From an uncultured Actinomycetes bacterium (GTDB lineage Bacteria > Actinomycetota > Thermoleophilia > Solirubrobacterales > Solirubrobacteraceae), in contig CAWKNG010000001.1 of the NCBI GenBank assembly GCA_963851015.1, forward strand, positions 41,751 through 73,750: DNA of 32,000 bases, in the 5' to 3' direction. Under the pieces are notes generated by a model. The model made no database searches and was not told where the DNA came from. It saw nothing but the letters and a program-made list of their open reading frames with translations. Within the stretch, counting starts at the first letter, position 1, and every line of letters starts with the position of its first letter. The position numbers were made by a program, and so were the translations under genes. Positions 1-8,107 of this stretch are shown here, piece after piece.

Positions 1-37
1 TTGTTGCGCAATCGGGGTAGGTCGTGCGCTTTGCGGA

Positions 38-66
38 TTGCGCCGTGCGGAGCGCCGACCTATTCT
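38..66 (+). promoter_or_regulatory. candidate sigma70-type promoter upstream of the hydrogenase operon (TTGCGC-N17-TATTCT)
   Basis: TTGCGC at 38-43 and TATTCT at 61-66 are separated by 17 nt. This is an AT-richer island in GC-rich DNA about 220 nt upstream of the first hydrogenase gene. It is a pattern match only. Confidence 0.2.
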
Positions 67-285
67 GGCCTAGCTGTCACTAGGGAGTAGCACGAGCAAC
101 AGGCAACGCCCGTCCTGCGCCAGCAGGACCGGCCCGCCATCACCGTCTGCCGCGTTGAGCGCGGGCCCTCGATAGCGCGCGACATCGTCGCACGCTCGAC
201 CCCGCGCGCCGGTTCACGTTGCCGGATCGCGGCGGCATGCGCGGCCGGCGGTGCTTCCTGCTCTTGGTGTGAGTCATGTCAATCA

Positions 286-1281
286 GTGAGCTGGGAGGTC
301 AGGTTCAGCATGTCATCGGTGCTCTGGTTCCAAGCAGGAGCCTGCTCCGGGAACACGATGTCGTTCCTCAACGCCGAGGAACCAAACGTCGTGGATCTCA
401 TCGTCGACTTCGGGCTGGACCTGATCTGGCATCCGTCGCTGGGTCTCGAGCTTGGCGAGAACGCCAAGAAGATCTTCACAGACTGTGCCGCCCGGAGGCG
501 CCCGCTGGACATCTTCGTGCTCGAGGGCACGGTCATCCAGGCGCCCGACAAGTCCGGCGCGTACGACATGTTCGCCGACCGTCCGATGACGGAGTGGATC
601 AAGGAACTGGCGGCGGCGGCCCAGATCGTGGTGGCAATCGGCGACTGCGCCTGCTGGGGCGGGATCCCGGCGATGGAGCCCAACCCGTCGGACTCCACGG
701 GGCTGCAGTTCCACAAGCGTGACCGCGGCGGCTTCCTCGGTCCCGACTGGCGTTCGATGTCGGGGCTGCCGGTCATCAACATTCCCGGCTGTCCGGCGCA
801 CCCCGACTGGATCACGCAGATCCTCGTCGCACTCGCGACCGGCCGCGCCGGCGACATCGCGCTCGACGACCTCCACCGCCCGCAGACGTTCTTCAAGACG
901 TTCACGCAGACCGGCTGCACGCGGGTGCAGTTCTTCGAGTACAAGCAGTCCACGACCTCGTTCGGGGAGGGTACGCGGAGCGGCTGCCTGTTCTACGAGT
1001 ACGGCTGCCGCGGGCCGCTGACGCATTCGCCGTGCAACCGCATCCTGTGGAACCGCCAGTCGTCGAAGACGCGGGCAGGCATGCCCTGCACCGGCTGCAC
1101 CGAGCCCGAGTTCCCCTTCTTCGATCTGGCTCCCGGCACCGTCTTCAAGACCCAGAAGGTCGCCGGCAAGATTCCCAAGGAGATCCCCGAGGGCGCCGAC
1201 CACCTGAGCTACATGGCCCACGCAGCCGCCGCGCGCATCGCCGCGCCGCAGTGGTCCAAGGAAGACATGTTCGTCGTCTGA
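286..1281 (+). CDS. [NiFe]-hydrogenase small subunit, no Tat signal (cytosolic or membrane-associated uptake type, group 1h/2a-like)
   Basis: Small-subunit hallmarks are present: VLWFQAGACSGNTMSFLNAEEP, AIGDCACWGGIP, INIPGCPAHPDW, HSPCNRILW and MPCTGC Fe-S ligand motifs. The first cluster Cys lies 20 aa from the N-terminus and no RRxF Tat motif is present. The track start at 286 is GTG. An alternative ATG at 310 is preceded by GGGAGG at 293-298. Confidence 0.9.
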   Translation: MSWEVRFSMSSVLWFQAGACSGNTMSFLNAEEPNVVDLIVDFGLDLIWHPSLGLELGENAKKIFTDCAARRRPLDIFVLEGTVIQAPDKSGAYDMFADRPMTEWIKELAAAAQIVVAIGDCACWGGIPAMEPNPSDSTGLQFHKRDRGGFLGPDWRSMSGLPVINIPGCPAHPDWITQILVALATGRAGDIALDDLHRPQTFFKTFTQTGCTRVQFFEYKQSTTSFGEGTRSGCLFYEYGCRGPLTHSPCNRILWNRQSSKTRAGMPCTGCTEPEFPFFDLAPGTVFKTQKVAGKIPKEIPEGADHLSYMAHAAAARIAAPQWSKEDMFVV

Positions 1282-1320
1282 TGCGAACCGAACCCTCACC
1301 ACGAACCAGGGAACCTCTCC

Positions 1321-2928
1321 ATGGCAACGCTTGACCTCTTCGTCAGCCCGCTCGGTCGGGTCGAAGGCGACCTCGACGTCCGCGTCACGATCGACGACGG
1401 TGTCGTCACCTCGGCCTGGACGGAGGCCGCGATGTTCCGCGGCTTCGAGATCATCCTTCGGGGCAAGGACCCGCAGGCCGGCCTCATCGTCACGCCACGC
1501 ATCTGCGGCATCTGCGGCGGCAGCCACCTCTACAAGGCCTGCTACGCGCTCGACACCGCGTGGTCGACGCACGTCCCCCACAACGCAACGCTGATCCGCA
1601 ACATCGCGCAGGCCTGCGAGACGCTGCAGTCGATCCCGCGCTACTTCTACGCGCTCTTCGCGATCGATCTCGTCAACAAGAACTACGCCCGCTCGCCGCT
1701 GTACGACGAGGCGGCGCGCCGCTTCACCACGTACGTCGGCACCTCCTACCAGCCGGGTGTCGTGCTGTCGGCGAAGCCCGTCGAGGTCTACGCCATCTTC
1801 GGCGGGCAGTGGCCGCACTCGTCATTCATGGTTCCCGGCGGGGTCATGTGCGCCCCGAACCTCGCCGACGTCACGCGCTCGGTCGCGATTCTCGAGCACT
1901 GGAAGAACAACTGGCTCGAGAAGCAGTGGCTCGGCTGCTCCATCGATCGCTGGCTGGAGATCAAGACGTGGGCCGACATGCAGGCCTGGGTCGAGGAGAA
2001 CGAATCGCACTACAACTCGGACTGCGGCTTCTTCATCCGCTACGCGCAGGAGATCGGGCTGCATACGTACGGCGGCGGCGTCGGCAACTACATCGCCACC
2101 GGCACGTACTTCGAGCCGTCGCTGTACGAGAACCCGACGGTCGAAGGGCGCAACCATGCCCTGATCGGACGCTCGGGCGTCTACGCCGACGGTCGCTGGC
2201 ACACCTTCGATCAGATGCGCGTTTCAGAGGATGTGACCCACAGCTTCTTCAGCGGCAGTCGACGCCTGCACCCGTGGGAGGGAGAGACGAGCCCGCTCGA
2301 CCCGCGCACCGCGCGCGCGGCGGGCAAGTACTCGTGGGCGAAGTCGCCGCGCTACGACGTCCCGGGTCTTGGCGATGTGCCGCTCGAGGCCGGTCCGCTC
2401 GCGCGGCGGGTCGCCGCCGGCGCGCACGCCGGCCCCCCGCACCAGGACTACGACCCGCTGTTCGTCGACATGCTCGACAAGCTTGGCCCGTCGGTGTTCG
2501 TGCGCCAGATGGCGCGCATGCATGAGGCGCCGAAGTACTACAAGTGGGTCATGAAGTGGCTGTCGCAGATCAGCCTCCACGACTCGTTCTACAGCAAGCC
2601 GGTGGAGCACGCGTCAGGCAAGGGCTTCGGCTCGACGGAGGCCGCGCGCGGCTCGCTGTCGGATTGGATCGTCCTCGACGACGGCAAGATCGAGAACTAC
2701 CAGGTGGTCACGCCGACGGCCTGGAACATCGGTCCGCGCGATAGCGACGGGACGCCCGGCCCGATCGAACAGGCACTCGTCGGGACGCCGATCGCCGACA
2801 TCGAGGACCCGGTCGAGCTCGGCCACGTCGCGCGCTCGTTCGACTCCTGCCTCGTGTGCACGGTGCACGCATACGACGGCAAGAGCGGGCGAGAGCTGAG
2901 TCGCTTCGTCGTCAACGGGATGGTGTGA
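1321..2928 (+). CDS. [NiFe]-hydrogenase large (catalytic) subunit
   Basis: The N-terminal Ni-Fe ligand motif is TPRICGICGGSH and the C-terminal motif is SFDSCLVCTVH. The latter is followed by a 19-aa tail (AYDGKSG...NGMV) typical of a protease-cleaved extension. The gene lies 39 nt downstream of the small subunit. Confidence 0.93.
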   Translation: MATLDLFVSPLGRVEGDLDVRVTIDDGVVTSAWTEAAMFRGFEIILRGKDPQAGLIVTPRICGICGGSHLYKACYALDTAWSTHVPHNATLIRNIAQACETLQSIPRYFYALFAIDLVNKNYARSPLYDEAARRFTTYVGTSYQPGVVLSAKPVEVYAIFGGQWPHSSFMVPGGVMCAPNLADVTRSVAILEHWKNNWLEKQWLGCSIDRWLEIKTWADMQAWVEENESHYNSDCGFFIRYAQEIGLHTYGGGVGNYIATGTYFEPSLYENPTVEGRNHALIGRSGVYADGRWHTFDQMRVSEDVTHSFFSGSRRLHPWEGETSPLDPRTARAAGKYSWAKSPRYDVPGLGDVPLEAGPLARRVAAGAHAGPPHQDYDPLFVDMLDKLGPSVFVRQMARMHEAPKYYKWVMKWLSQISLHDSFYSKPVEHASGKGFGSTEAARGSLSDWIVLDDGKIENYQVVTPTAWNIGPRDSDGTPGPIEQALVGTPIADIEDPVELGHVARSFDSCLVCTVHAYDGKSGRELSRFVVNGMV

Positions 2929-2944
2929 GAGGGAGGTCGGAACG

Positions 2945-3469
2945 ATGGCGCTCCAGCCATACGAACTGCTCGACGACGGCTTCGAGCCACCGGTGCGCGA
3001 GCTCGTGGTCATCGGCTGCGGAAACCTCCTGCGCGGCGACGACGGCGTCGGGCCGATCACGATCCGGAGGTTGTGGTCGCGTGGGGTGCCGGACGAGGTC
3101 CGCCTTGTCGATGGCGGTACCGCCGGCCTCGACGTGGCGTTTCAGATGCGCGGTGCCCGACGAGTCATCATCATCGACGCCGCGAGCACCGGCGCCGCGC
3201 CCGGGACGCTATACCGCGTCCCCGGCGCGCGACTCGAGCGGATTCTGATGCCGGGTGCCGTGCACCCGCACTCCGTGCGCTGGGACGATGCGTTGGGGGT
3301 CGGGAGGTGGCTTCTCGGACCCGGCTTCCCAGGAGACATCGAGATCCTGCTCGTGGAGGCCGGCTCGCTCGAGCCGGGCGCCGAGCTCAGCGAGCCCGTC
3401 GCGGCCGCGATGGAGCAGGTCATCGAACTCGTCCTGCGCGAATGCGCGGCGATCGAGGCCCGCGCATGA
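2945..3469 (+). CDS. hupD: hydrogenase maturation endopeptidase (HyaD/HybD/HupD family)
   Basis: Family motifs VVIGCGNLLRGDDGVGP, VDGGTAGLD and IIIDAA are present. It sits immediately after the large subunit, which has a cleavable C-terminal tail. Confidence 0.85.
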   Translation: MALQPYELLDDGFEPPVRELVVIGCGNLLRGDDGVGPITIRRLWSRGVPDEVRLVDGGTAGLDVAFQMRGARRVIIIDAASTGAAPGTLYRVPGARLERILMPGAVHPHSVRWDDALGVGRWLLGPGFPGDIEILLVEAGSLEPGAELSEPVAAAMEQVIELVLRECAAIEARA

Positions 3470-4002
3470 GCGAGGCCATGGATACGTGCGAGCTGACGGC
3501 GGGCGGCGATCTGCGCCTGTCGGCGGCACTCACCGAGCGCTACTTCCCCGCCGGCGTCTGCGTCGCGCAGATGGCTGGCGACGATCTCGTCCTGCTCCCG
3601 CTGCACGGTGCGGGCAACGGCGGCCTGATGTTCAAGCGGCGCAACCTGGCGGGCGACCGCTCACTGCTCGTCAGCGAGGTGCTCGGGTTTCGCCCGCGTG
3701 CCGGGCGCTTTCCCGTAAACTGGCACGAGGCTCGCGGCGCGCTGGTCGTGGCGCTGCGCGACGGCCACGGCACTGGAGCCGGGAGTGAGCGAGACGTTGC
3801 GGACCGAGGTCGTGGAGGATCGTCGCCAGTGGGTCGTGTACCTGCTGCTCATCACCATGGAGGGCGTGGAGCGGCGGCGGCTGTCGGCGCACCGCACCGA
3901 GCGCGAGGCGCGGCTCACGGCGTCGCTCGTGCAGCGCACGGCGCAGCGCAGACAGCGTCCGCCACCCGAGGACTTGGCGGGCCGTTAGGGACGCTCCGAT
4001 GA
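3466..4002 (+). CDS. hypothetical protein (hydrogenase-cluster ORF); only about 3466-3784 shows coding-type codon bias
   Basis: The ATG at 3466 overlaps the protease stop (ATGA). Third-position GC is very high up to about 3780 and then collapses. The frame has no stop until 4000-4002. See the frame-switch finding. Confidence 0.4.
   Translation: MSEAMDTCELTAGGDLRLSAALTERYFPAGVCVAQMAGDDLVLLPLHGAGNGGLMFKRRNLAGDRSLLVSEVLGFRPRAGRFPVNWHEARGALVVALRDGHGTGAGSERDVADRGRGGSSPVGRVPAAHHHGGRGAAAAVGAPHRARGAAHGVARAAHGAAQTASATRGLGGPLGTLR
3785..3988 (+). CDS. small hypothetical protein (67 aa), or the C-terminal part of the preceding ORF after a +1 shift
   Basis: Third-position GC is very high in this frame (gtg agc gag acg ttg cgg acc gag gtc gtg ...). 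The sequence VSETLRTEVVEDRRQWVVYLLLITMEGVERRRL looks protein-like. It has a GTG start and no obvious SD. Confidence 0.45.
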   Translation: MSETLRTEVVEDRRQWVVYLLLITMEGVERRRLSAHRTEREARLTASLVQRTAQRRQRPPPEDLAGR

Positions 4003-5300
4003 TCCCGGCGCAGCCGCTTGGAGCGTTTCCACTGCCCGCCGGATTCATGCTCGTCCCCGATGTCGATGACCCACACGTCGACGAGACCGTCGCATCGCTG
4101 CTGGTCGGCAAGCTCCCCACCGCCTGGCCAGCAGCGATGCGAGCCCACGAGCTCGTCCACAGCGGTGATGTCGTCGCGGCGCATGCCATCCTCGTCGACG
4201 ACGATCCGATCTCGCTCTACAACAGCTACGTGCTGTGGCCTGCGACGGTCGACCCGTCGCTCGTCGCGGACGGGCTGCCCGCGGAGCTTGCTCCGCTCGT
4301 GGGCGTCGTTCGCTACACATCCGGCGATGCCGCCGAGCCGCCCCCGCTGCCCGACGACGGGGGGAGTCCGATCGTCACAGGCCTCGTGTTGTCGACGCAC
4401 GCGACGCATGCGCTGGCCGCGGGGCAACCCGCGCAAGCCGTCGAACTGCTGAGCAACGCGGCCGCTCTCGTCGAGGAGCTCTCGCCGCCACTCGCTGCGC
4501 TGTTGTGCGGCAACGCCGGCACGATCGGCCACGAGCACGGGCTCGATCGGGCGTGCGCGCGAGAGAACCTGCGCGCCGCAGCCGCCGCGTTGACGGACAC
4601 CGATCTCCACATCGCGAAGGCGGAACTGCACTGCCAACTCGGCATGCTCGAGCACGAGGACGCCGTCGCGGGTGACGGGTCGCTCCGTACGGCGATGCAC
4701 CACTACTACACGACGCTCCAGCTGGTCACGGAGTTCAGCGCGCCGATGCTGTGGGCGAGCGCCCAGCTCAACCTCGCGACGGCGCATCTCTCCTCGCAGA
4801 TGGTCGAGGCATCCGACGCCCTGCGCACCGGGATCGCGATCCAGGCGATGCGCGCCTCGCTGCGCGTCTTCACGAAGGAAGCGCACGAGGCTCGGTGGGC
4901 GATGGCCACGCTCAACCTCGCCAACGCGCTCGTCTACTCGCCGTCCGGCAAGCAGGGCGACAACCTCGTCGAGGCCGTCGAGCTGTATGAAGCAGTGCTC
5001 GAGACGCGTGGACGCGACGCCGATCCCGTCGGCCGCGCGCGTGTGCTCTCCAACCAGGGCAACGCGCTCGCGCACCTGGGCATCTTCGACCAGGCGAAGG
5101 CGAAGCTCTACGAGGCGCGCTTCCTCTTCGAGGAGCACCTGGACCATGACTCGGCGCTGACCGTGCGCGGCGTGCTCGACGAGATCGCCCGGCAGCTCGT
5201 GCCCGCGCCCGGCAACGAGGCCACCGGGCGGCTGGCGATGGGCGGCATCGATCCGACGACCCGCGCTTTCGTGTCCGACCAACGCGAGGACGATCACTGA
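3999..5300 (+). CDS. TPR-like repeat protein, hydrogenase-cluster associated
   Basis: The 433-aa ORF has strong codon bias. Repeated helical-hairpin motifs of TPR type are present (NLATAHL, NLANALVYS, LSNQGNALAHLGIFDQAKAKLYEARFLFEE). It is tightly packed between cluster genes. Confidence 0.7.
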   Translation: MIPAQPLGAFPLPAGFMLVPDVDDPHVDETVASLLVGKLPTAWPAAMRAHELVHSGDVVAAHAILVDDDPISLYNSYVLWPATVDPSLVADGLPAELAPLVGVVRYTSGDAAEPPPLPDDGGSPIVTGLVLSTHATHALAAGQPAQAVELLSNAAALVEELSPPLAALLCGNAGTIGHEHGLDRACARENLRAAAAALTDTDLHIAKAELHCQLGMLEHEDAVAGDGSLRTAMHHYYTTLQLVTEFSAPMLWASAQLNLATAHLSSQMVEASDALRTGIAIQAMRASLRVFTKEAHEARWAMATLNLANALVYSPSGKQGDNLVEAVELYEAVLETRGRDADPVGRARVLSNQGNALAHLGIFDQAKAKLYEARFLFEEHLDHDSALTVRGVLDEIARQLVPAPGNEATGRLAMGGIDPTTRAFVSDQREDDH

Positions 5301-5659
5301 TGGATGTCCACCAGCAGCAGCAGTTCGAGCTCCTCCTCGCCCAGTCGGGTGACGCGTTCATCGAGCGCATCGTCCAGCGCTGCGCCGGCCAGGGGAACGC
5401 GCTTGCGGCTCTGCAGTCCGACCGCAATGCCGACGGCGTGTGGCTCGACGACTTCGTCGACGCGGTCTTCGCCGACTGGTGCCTCGACAACGCCGAGGGC
5501 GCGACCTTCGTGCTGTGCGCGATGCGCTGCCGACCGCTCTCGATCGAGGTGAGCGGCACGGTCGGCGAGGTGCTCGTCGCCGCCGCCAAGGCCGCGTACG
5601 CCGATCTACTGCACGCCAAGGTCCTGGAGTCGATGTCCCGGGCGAGCGTCTACGGATGA
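5300..5659 (+). CDS. hypothetical protein (119 aa), hydrogenase-cluster associated
   Basis: The ATG overlaps the previous stop (TGATG). Codon bias is good. I recognise no motif. Confidence 0.6.
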   Translation: MDVHQQQQFELLLAQSGDAFIERIVQRCAGQGNALAALQSDRNADGVWLDDFVDAVFADWCLDNAEGATFVLCAMRCRPLSIEVSGTVGEVLVAAAKAAYADLLHAKVLESMSRASVYG

Positions 5660-5670
5660 GGAGGGCACTC

Positions 5671-6630
5671 ATGAGCCAGACCCCGATGACGTTGCCGATG
5701 GTCCCCGCTCAGACGGCAGCGCCGGCGGCCACAGCGGCGGCCCCATCCTTGCGAGACAGCTTCGACCTCGAGAAGGCGGCCGCCGCGCTCGATGACGCGC
5801 TCGCCCGCAAGGCCGATCTCGACCCGTCGGCTCGCCAAGTGCTCGACGATGCCCTCGCGCCGCTCAATGGGATCCACAAGGCGGCGCTCACGGCGATCGT
5901 ACGTGCGCTGCGCGCCGACGAGCGCGGCAAGGAACTGCTCTTCGGAGTCGTCGACGACAGCGCGGTACGGATGGTCCTCTCGATGCACGGCATCATCCGC
6001 TCGGCCGACCCGATGAGCGTCGCACAGCGAGTGCTCGAGACGATCCGGCCCGGGATCCAATCCCACGGGGGTGATGTCGAGCTCGTGAGGATCGAGGACG
6101 GCGTCGCGTACGTTCGACTGTCCGGGGCGTGCAACGGCTGCTCGATGGCGGGTGTGACGATGCGAGACGGCGTCGAGAAGGCCCTCGTCGACGGCGTCGC
6201 TTCGGTCAGCTCGGTCGAGGTGCTGCCGAACGAGCCGCGCGCGGCCGAGCCGCTGCAGATCACGCGCGTCGAGCCGACAGGCGCCGCACCGATGGCCGAG
6301 TCGGGGTGGTTCAAGACCTTCCCTGTGGAGCGCATTGGCGTCGGCACGCTCGAGGCGATGTCGCTGACGCCCGCCGCCGGGGAGGCGATCGAGGTCATCG
6401 TCGTGAACGCCGCCGGGCAGATGGCGGCGTACGTCAACGCCTGTGCGCACCAGGGCATGCCGCTGGACAAGGCGATCGTCGATGCGACCGAGGGCACGCT
6501 CACGTGCCCCTGGCATGGGTTCTGCTTCGACTCGACGACAGGGGAATGCCTGACGATGCCGGGCGCACAGCTCGAGCAGCTCCCGCTTCGCGTCGACGAC
6601 GGGCACGTCTGGGTACGTGCGGTCGACTGA
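5671..6630 (+). CDS. NifU-domain / Rieske [2Fe-2S] fusion protein (HhyE/HucE-like putative hydrogenase electron relay)
   Basis: GAGGAGGG lies 6 nt upstream of the ATG. The central NifU-type segment is HGGDVELVRIEDGVAYVRLSGACNGCSMAGVTMRDGVE. The C-terminal Rieske motifs are CAHQGMPLD and CPWHGFCFD. The 5440-5670 portion of the track ORF is out-of-context arginine-rich shadow. Confidence 0.82.
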   Translation: MSQTPMTLPMVPAQTAAPAATAAAPSLRDSFDLEKAAAALDDALARKADLDPSARQVLDDALAPLNGIHKAALTAIVRALRADERGKELLFGVVDDSAVRMVLSMHGIIRSADPMSVAQRVLETIRPGIQSHGGDVELVRIEDGVAYVRLSGACNGCSMAGVTMRDGVEKALVDGVASVSSVEVLPNEPRAAEPLQITRVEPTGAAPMAESGWFKTFPVERIGVGTLEAMSLTPAAGEAIEVIVVNAAGQMAAYVNACAHQGMPLDKAIVDATEGTLTCPWHGFCFDSTTGECLTMPGAQLEQLPLRVDDGHVWVRAVD

Positions 6631-6632
6631 AC

Positions 6633-7829
6633 GTGCGCGTCCAGATCCTCACGGACGCGTCGGGGCGGACCGCTCCGCTCGCTCGCTCGTACGGACCGCC
6701 GGCGCTCGCGCGTCAACGCTCGTACGGTGGCTGGCGGGCTCGGACAGTCCTCGGGGCGACGTCGGCCGGCGGCCTGCTGCTTCCCGACGCGGCGCCCAGC
6801 GCATCCACGATGTACGCGCCTCGCGGTGTGTGGCTCGACGCCGAGCGCGTGGTCGCATGCGACACGGGCAACCACCGCGTGCTCATCTGGAACGGTCGGC
6901 CGCACGCGGACGGCGCGGACGCCGACGTCGTGCTCGGCCAGTCCGATGCGCTCGTCGAAGGGCCGGCCGCCGCAGGTGCCGGGCCGGCCAACGGCATGCA
7001 CCTACCCACGGGAGTGCTCGTCGATGGCGGTCGGCTGGTCGTCGCCGACGCCTGGCATCACCGACTGCTGGTGTGGAACGCGATCCCCGCACGCAGCGGC
7101 ACGCCCCCGGACCACGTCATCGGCCAGCCGACGGCGACCGATGTCGAGCCCAACGCTGGTGGCGGGCCGACCGCTGCCACGTTCTACTGGCCGTTCGGCA
7201 TCGCGGTCATCGACGGGCGCTTCCACGTCTGCGACACCGGCAACCGGCGGCTTCTCGTCTGGCGCGACGGCCTACCGCTCGATGGCCGCCCGGCCGACGT
7301 GGTCCTGGGCCAGTCCGACGCACACATCCGCTCGGAGAACCGCGGCGGCGGCGTGGCGGGGGATTCCTTCCGCTGGCCGCACAGCGTGGCCGGAACGGGC
7401 CGCGGCGGGATCGTCGTGGCCGATGCCGGCAACCATCGGCTCCTGCGCTGGGACGCGCACCCCGAGGCCGATCGTGCGGCCGACGGTGTCCTCGGACAAC
7501 CCGACTTCGCGACGGCCGCGGAGTTCCCGTACATCTCCCAGGAAGGCCGCCTGCGCTTCCCGTACGCGGTCGTCGGACCACCCGGGTTGGCGGTCGCCGA
7601 CACCGCGAACAACCGCGTCCTCGTCTGGGACGAGGTCCCGCGCGACACGAGCGCGCCGGACGCCGTGCTTGCCCAGCCAGACGGTGCTTCGCTCGGGGAG
7701 AACCGCTGGGAGGCCGTCGCCGCCGACACGTTGTGCTGGCCCTATGGCCTGGCGCGCGACGGTGATGTGCTGGCGATCGCCGACTCGGGCAACAATCGCG
7801 TCGTGCTCTGGGAGCGGGGGGTCGGCTGA
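6633..7829 (+). CDS. six-bladed NHL-repeat beta-propeller protein
   Basis: There are six spaced repeats of the form (A/C)D(T/S/A)xNxR(V/L)LxW: ACDTGNHRVLIWN, VADAWHHRLLVWN, VCDTGNRRLLVWR, VADAGNHRLLRWD, VADTANNRVLVWD and IADSGNNRVVLWE. The start is uncertain: GTG at 6633 sits 3 nt after the previous stop, with an alternative ATG at 6810. Confidence 0.8.
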   Translation: MRVQILTDASGRTAPLARSYGPPALARQRSYGGWRARTVLGATSAGGLLLPDAAPSASTMYAPRGVWLDAERVVACDTGNHRVLIWNGRPHADGADADVVLGQSDALVEGPAAAGAGPANGMHLPTGVLVDGGRLVVADAWHHRLLVWNAIPARSGTPPDHVIGQPTATDVEPNAGGGPTAATFYWPFGIAVIDGRFHVCDTGNRRLLVWRDGLPLDGRPADVVLGQSDAHIRSENRGGGVAGDSFRWPHSVAGTGRGGIVVADAGNHRLLRWDAHPEADRAADGVLGQPDFATAAEFPYISQEGRLRFPYAVVGPPGLAVADTANNRVLVWDEVPRDTSAPDAVLAQPDGASLGENRWEAVAADTLCWPYGLARDGDVLAIADSGNNRVVLWERGVG

Positions 7830-7831
7830 CG

Positions 7832-8107
7832 ATGTGCCTTGGGATCCCCGGCCTCATCGTGCGTCGTTGGGAGGAGCCCGACGGGGCGCTGCTCGCCGAG
7901 GCGTACTTCGTCGGCGAGATGCGCACGGTGCGCCTCAACTATCTACCCGACCTCCAGGTCGGCGACTTCACGATCGTCCACGCCGGCTTCGCACTGACGA
8001 AGCTCGACGCGGCCGAGGCGGCGAAGACGATCGCGCTCTTGCGCGATGTCGGCGTGCTCAGCCCCTTCCCCGAGCACGTCGACGTCTTCGACGCGGCGCA
8101 GCGATGA
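7832..8107 (+). CDS. hypC: hydrogenase assembly chaperone HypC/HupF family
   Basis: The N-terminal MCLGIPG signature is present. The protein is 91 aa. The gene starts 2 nt after the NHL gene stop. Confidence 0.88.
   Translation: MCLGIPGLIVRRWEEPDGALLAEAYFVGEMRTVRLNYLPDLQVGDFTIVHAGFALTKLDAAEAAKTIALLRDVGVLSPFPEHVDVFDAAQR

Noticed and set aside
286-345. A search for a Tat (RRxFxK) signal on the hydrogenase small subunit.
   Set aside because: None is present. The first Fe-S cysteine is at residue 20, leaving no room for a signal peptide. The only Tat signal in the window is on EfeB (20717).
313-1818. A 501-aa ORF antisense to the hydrogenase subunit genes. Similar long antisense or off-frame ORFs include 3915-5297(-), 5709-7001(-), 8514-9959(-), 10369-11481(-), 17042-18235(-), 18756-20711(-) and 20618-22174(-).
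   Set aside because: Their composition is Arg/Ala/Gly/Pro-rich and low in complexity, which is typical of shadow ORFs in ~72% GC DNA. The opposite or other frame carries clear family motifs and the high third-position GC signal.
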